Of a DNA stretch of 54,533 nucleotides, positions 49,998 to 54,533 are shown piece by piece. The stretch covers positions 1 to 54,533 of the forward strand of contig JTLS01000015.1 of the NCBI GenBank assembly GCA_000826855.1. Direction: 5' to 3'. Both the position numbers and the translations under genes were made by a program. A model generated the notes under the pieces. It did no database searches, had not been told where the DNA came from, and was given only the letters and a program-made list of their open reading frames with translations. Origin of the DNA: Basidioascus undulatus. Lineage: Eukaryota. Numbering within the stretch: the stretch's first letter is position 1; every line of letters begins with the position of its first letter.

Positions 49998-52900
49998 TCA
50001 AGCGCTGAACGTGCCAGGCGAGCCGCTCGGGCCCGTCATGGCGGTTTTGACGAGGCGGAGAAGCTTGGAGCCCGTCATGGTGCCCGACGCGGCGCTGCCG
50101 CCCTGCCCCGAGTAGGCAGTGTTGGACGTCTGGATAGCTGCGAGCTGCGCTTGGAACTGCGGAGACGACGGGTCTTCGAGCGACTTGGAGCGGTCCCACA
50201 TGCCCTGCGTGGATGAGCACGGGAGGTCAGCATGAGCGGCATGGATACGAGAGAGCAGGATGGAAGAGGGAGACACACGTCTTCATCCTGCAGCGGAAGG
50301 TCCATGATGATTTCGTACGCGCGCGCGTTGAACAGGATGTTCATCGGGTACCGCTGCCGGCGAGTGATCTGCTTGACAGCCTGATCGCGCGTGTAACAAC
50401 ATATCCCGAATCAGTAGCGCCCACAAGCTAATGCGTCGATCCCACCGCCCGCCAACGCACCTCAGCCATGATGGCGAACTTGGACCAGTGGATCTTCTGT
50501 CCGCCTTTGCCGTCCGACTTGCCATCCGGATTGGCGATCGAAGTCGCGAGGATGTCCTGCATGTGGATGCCGCTGCGCGAGGAGATACCAGTGCATCGAG
50601 GTCGTCAGTCGGCCAGCCTCGTGTCTTTCTTTCGCACACATATGCTCTGCACGCACAGATACGGAATCGCCGGGCTCGGCGTGTTCTTCAGCACCTCACG
50701 ATACGTCGCCGCCGCGCGTTCGCTAGCCATGATCATCTGCGTGTTCGGGACCCTTCAGTATCGTAGAGCGAGATTCCTATTGGTCGAGGACCAGGCGCAC
50801 CTTGAGTTTCTTATATTTTTTCAGCACGTCCCCGCCTGGCTGGAAGACGTGGCTCTTGGTGAGCTCGAGGCGGAAGACGGCGGTGAGGTCGAACCCGCCG
50901 AGGACGGCGTGGAGCGTGTGGTAGTTGTTGAGTAGGCGAAGCTCCTCCGCGACCGCGACAAGCTTCTCCATCATCCGCACGCGCAGCTTGACCTTTGGCT
51001 GCGAGAGGATCAGGTTCGCGACCCTGCCAGGCCGAAGGGAGTCAGACAACGCAACGCTTTGGTGGTGAGAAGTTCAAGAAAACGACGGACCAGTTCGAGA
51101 TGTAGTTGAAGTGCCTCGTCGAGTCCGCGATGGGATCGCCTCGGCGCTCGGCATCGTCAGGAACGAGCACGTGGCGGATGATATCTCTCGCCTGTTCGGG
51201 TCACCGCCGTGCACCAGTCAGCCGCGTCCTTCCACCACCTCCTCATGCGCCCAAGCCCACGTACCTTGATCTTCGAAAATAGCGACCACTCGATGCGCGT
51301 CAACTCGCGAGCGACCTCTTTCTCCGTCAAGCCCGCCTCCAAAAACGTGCCCGCCGCCCTGCCCACCGTCCTCCTCTCCTTCCCCCTTCCCTGGCCCTGG
51401 CCCTGCCCTCCGCTGCCCACACTCGCCCCGCTGGTAGTCGTGGCGGTCGTGGCGCCGGTGGTGTGAATCGAGCTTGACGAGGACGAGATGGACTGGCTCT
51501 GCGGGAGCGGGGGGAGGGGCGACTGCGACTGCGTGAGCGAGTGTCCGAGGGGCGTGCCCGCCGAGCTGCCCGTCGCGCGCGAGAGGTCCGAGTCCGAGCG
51601 CTGCCGTCGCTCGGGCGGGTATGCGCTTGCAGAAAGAGGCGGGTTGTTGCCCGCCGTGACGAGCACGCTGTCCCTGCGTGGGAGCGTTGGGGGCGCAGCG
51701 ACATCGACGACCGCGTCGGGAATCGAGATCGAGCTCCCGTTCGACGCAGCGTACTTGGTCGTCACCACGACGTCCACGTTCAGCCCGATGCCGATCCCGC
51801 TGAAATCGAAGCGCGGCCGCTGCTCGTCGTCGTCGTCGTCCTCCTCTACGTCCGTCGCGCCGCCGCCCTCCTCGTACGCGCGCTCGTCCTCGTCGGGCGG
51901 GATGCTCCATGCCGCGTCTGGGTCCTCGCTGACCGTAGGGTGCTCGAGGTGCCGCTTGAGCTCGGCCGCGTAGTGTAGCGTGTTGACGGACTTGACGAGG
52001 CGGGCGAAGAACTCGCGCAAGCCAGCGGTCGCGAGTGCGGACAGGAAGTCGCCTGGGTAGTCGTGCAGCCACTTGTCGACCATGAGGCAGATTCTGAGCA
52101 TCCATACGTTGAGCCCAATCAGTCCAGTCACACAGTGCTTGAGCGCGGGGAACACGCAGAGATGTCAGCAAGCATACCTCGACTGCGCAAAAGTAACAAG
52201 CAGGTGCTCGTTCTTTGCCTCGAGCGAGTCGAAGCGCTCGATGAGCTTGGCAAGGACGTCGTACGGTCTCGCGAACTTGCGGAACATGAGCAGGAAACTC
52301 GCGACGAACTCGTTGTCTGCCGCCGTCCGCCGCACCCTCACATCAGTCCCACGCCCAGGCAAAGAACATGAGATGTGATGGAGAGACGATACGCACCGTT
52401 TCCTGATACGCCCGCAAACAGGAGCTTGTCCATGAGCTCGTCAAACGTGACGTAGACGGTCGATTCCCTGCGTCCCTCCGAAATCCAGTCAGTACCTTTT
52501 CTCACTCTCAACAGCCAGTCCTCTACCGACTCACGTCTCCCCTCCCGTCCGGGTGATCGTAGCCTGGACCATCACCGGCTCCTCCTCCTTCACCCTCGCC
52601 GCCCCACTCCTCCCCACCGCCTCATGCGCCTCTTCCTCATCGCTCCCCGCACTCGCAACGCCCGCGATCCCGCGCACCGCCTCCGCCATGATCGCGTCGC
52701 CCTCAGAGCTGCTCACGCTGAAGCGCGTCTTGCCCGGCGGCAGCGGCTGCGACATCCGCGTCGCGTGCTGGAAGAGCGCGTCGTCCGTGATGCTCCGCCC
52801 GGACTCATCCGAGTCTGAGCGCGCGCGGGACAGCGGGACGGAGGACGGCGAGGACGCGCCTGGCGCGGGGGCGAAGCCGTAGTCTGATGAGGACGCGGAG

Positions 52901-54533
52901 GGGAGGGTTTTAGGGGAAGCGGGATTGTGATGCGCTTGCGGCTGGCGCGCACGTAGTTCTCCTGTTTTCCGGTCATTTCGCATTGAGTTCAAGCCTCAAG
53001 GGGAAAAAAATGCAAGGGAAGGACAGACTGCGATGTTTCCGGATGCTCCGCAATAGCCAGTTGAACGTCCCGCGCATGCGCCGGCGCCCCTCGTCCGTGT
53101 CCGCGCTGACCTCGATGAGGCCGACGTCGAACTCGCGCCCGACTTCGAGCGCGTCGACGGGGTTGACGCGCACCAGGCCGGCCGGCCGCGGCGGGCGCTC
53201 GACCTCGCTCGAGCGGCAGGCGAGGAGGACGAGAGGCAGGGAGAGGGAGGAGAACGCCTCTGTGTGGGGAGGTGAGCATGTGAGCAAGGAGAGGAACGAA
53301 AAAAGGGGATAGAGGGAAAGACGAACCGAGCAGCTCGGGGATCGCCTGGAATGAGCGGTTGTCACTCGCATCATAGCAAATGATAGCGCCGTCGATGCGG
53401 GGCAAGAAGCGCGGCCAAGCGAACGCGGCCTGTCTACGCCCGCCGTTGGAGGACGCGGCGGAGGATGCGGCGGAGGCGGAGGAGGCGAGGTTGAGCGCGT
53501 GGCTGGCCATCTCGATGACCTCGACGACGCGCGTCTCGTTGTGGATGACGACCTGCGTGCTCCGGCTCGTGACCTTGCCGCGCTCGGACGAGGACAGGAC
53601 GGCCGCGGCGCTGACGCCCCACTTGCGGAACCCCTTCCGGATCACCGTCGTCTTGCCCACGCCGGGCGGGCCGATCACGGCGAGGACAAAGTCCGCTGCG
53701 GAGCGGGGTGGGGCCTGCGGGGGAGAGAGCGTGAGCGAGCTGGAAGCAAGGGACGCAGGAGGCAAGGACGCACAGATATGTCTTTGAGGAGGGCGGAGCC
53801 GGACCCCGAGCGCGGGCGGTTGGCGACGTGCGGCGGCTGCGCGAAGGGGGCCATGTTCGCGGACGTCGGGGAGGAAGACGCCGAGGTCGACTTGGACATC
53901 GGCGGTTCGGCCCTAACCTCTTCTGCGAGCTTCTCCCACCCGCCCCCAATGGAGTCCTCGAACGCGGCGCGCTGGCGCGCTAGGCTCTCAGCCGTCTGCG
54001 CTGCGCTGCGCGCCTGGCCCGCCAGGACGGGTGTCTCCGGCTGCGCCTGATTTTGCTGGGGTGGGGCAGTGACAGGCTCGACAAGCGAGCTGCGACTGCT
54101 GCCACCGCCGCCGCCGCCCATGCGGCGCTCCAGCTCGCGCCCAAACGTGCCCAGCACGGGAGGCTCATGCTGCTGCGCCGCTGCGAAGGGGTGCTGGTGC
54201 GCGTTCGCGTGGTGGTGGTGGTGGCCGTGGTGGTGGTGTGCGAGGTGGGGGAGCAGTCCAGCGCCATGCGCCTGCGCAAGGAAGCGCATGTCCGGCACGC
54301 TCGTCTCGAGGAGCCCGCCCCCGTCGTCCTCGTCCTCGTGCGGGTCTCGCTCGTCGTCGCTCGCCGCATCGCGGCGGTAGCGGGTGAACTCGTCCGCGAG
54401 GCGCTCGACGCGCGCGACCTCGTCCTCGATCCCCAGCGCGGCGCACGTGGGGGACGCGGGCGAGCTCCCCCCCTTCTACGGCCGCCAAAATGCGCTCCTG
54501 GACCGTTACGAGGAGGTCGACGGGCTCCTTGAG
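49998..54533 (-). CDS. Ras guanine-nucleotide exchange factor (REM + CDC25 domains) with an internal Ras-like P-loop domain; 5' end beyond the window
   Basis: Ras-like VLAVIGPPGVGKTTVI...IDGAIICYDASD...SF. REM: FDELMDKL, FVASFLLMFRKF, WLHDYPGDF. CDC25: VARELTRIEWSLFSKI, HFNYISNWV, VAEELRLLNNYHTL, PAIPYLGIHMQD, KIHWSKF. Confidence 0.9.

Noticed and set aside
54195..54245. His-rich tract in the RasGEF N-terminus as a metal-binding domain
   Set aside because: It looks like a CAC-repeat low-complexity expansion in a disordered region, with no further support.
1..54533. CRISPR arrays, tRNA/rRNA genes, intact transposons
   Set aside because: No repeat-spacer arrays, RNA gene signatures, terminal repeats or RT/transposase motifs were seen by eye. 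Intron-containing tRNAs or snoRNAs could have been missed without a covariance search.

Overview
Eukaryotic, GC-rich, very intron-dense fungal DNA. Donors GTGCGT/GTACGT/GTGAGT, CTRAC branch points, ~50-100 nt introns and the gene content point to a basidiomycete, possibly Pucciniomycotina (inference). I reconstructed the genes by eye, by splicing. In order: a truncated coiled-coil protein (-), mitochondrial carrier YHM2 (+), aldo-keto reductase (+), secreted GH128 glucanase (-), PP2A scaffold subunit A (-), VPS18/PEP3 (+), a laccase-like multicopper oxidase pseudogene (+), an unknown membrane protein (-), CGR1 (+), an orphan gene (+), an ArsB-family permease (+), APC4 (+), a DAL5-type MFS transporter (-) and a 5'-truncated Ras-like-domain/RasGEF protein (-). 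I saw no RNA genes, CRISPR arrays, recognisable transposons or clear biosynthetic cluster. The strongest signal is an apparent U2-type AT-AC intron needed for an intact MFS transporter. Others are a 3-nt microexon in YHM2, a Vps18 RING lacking most zinc ligands, a start codon apparently split by an intron, and repeated C-rich-then-G-rich blocks within genes. Exon boundaries are manual and need RNA-seq confirmation.
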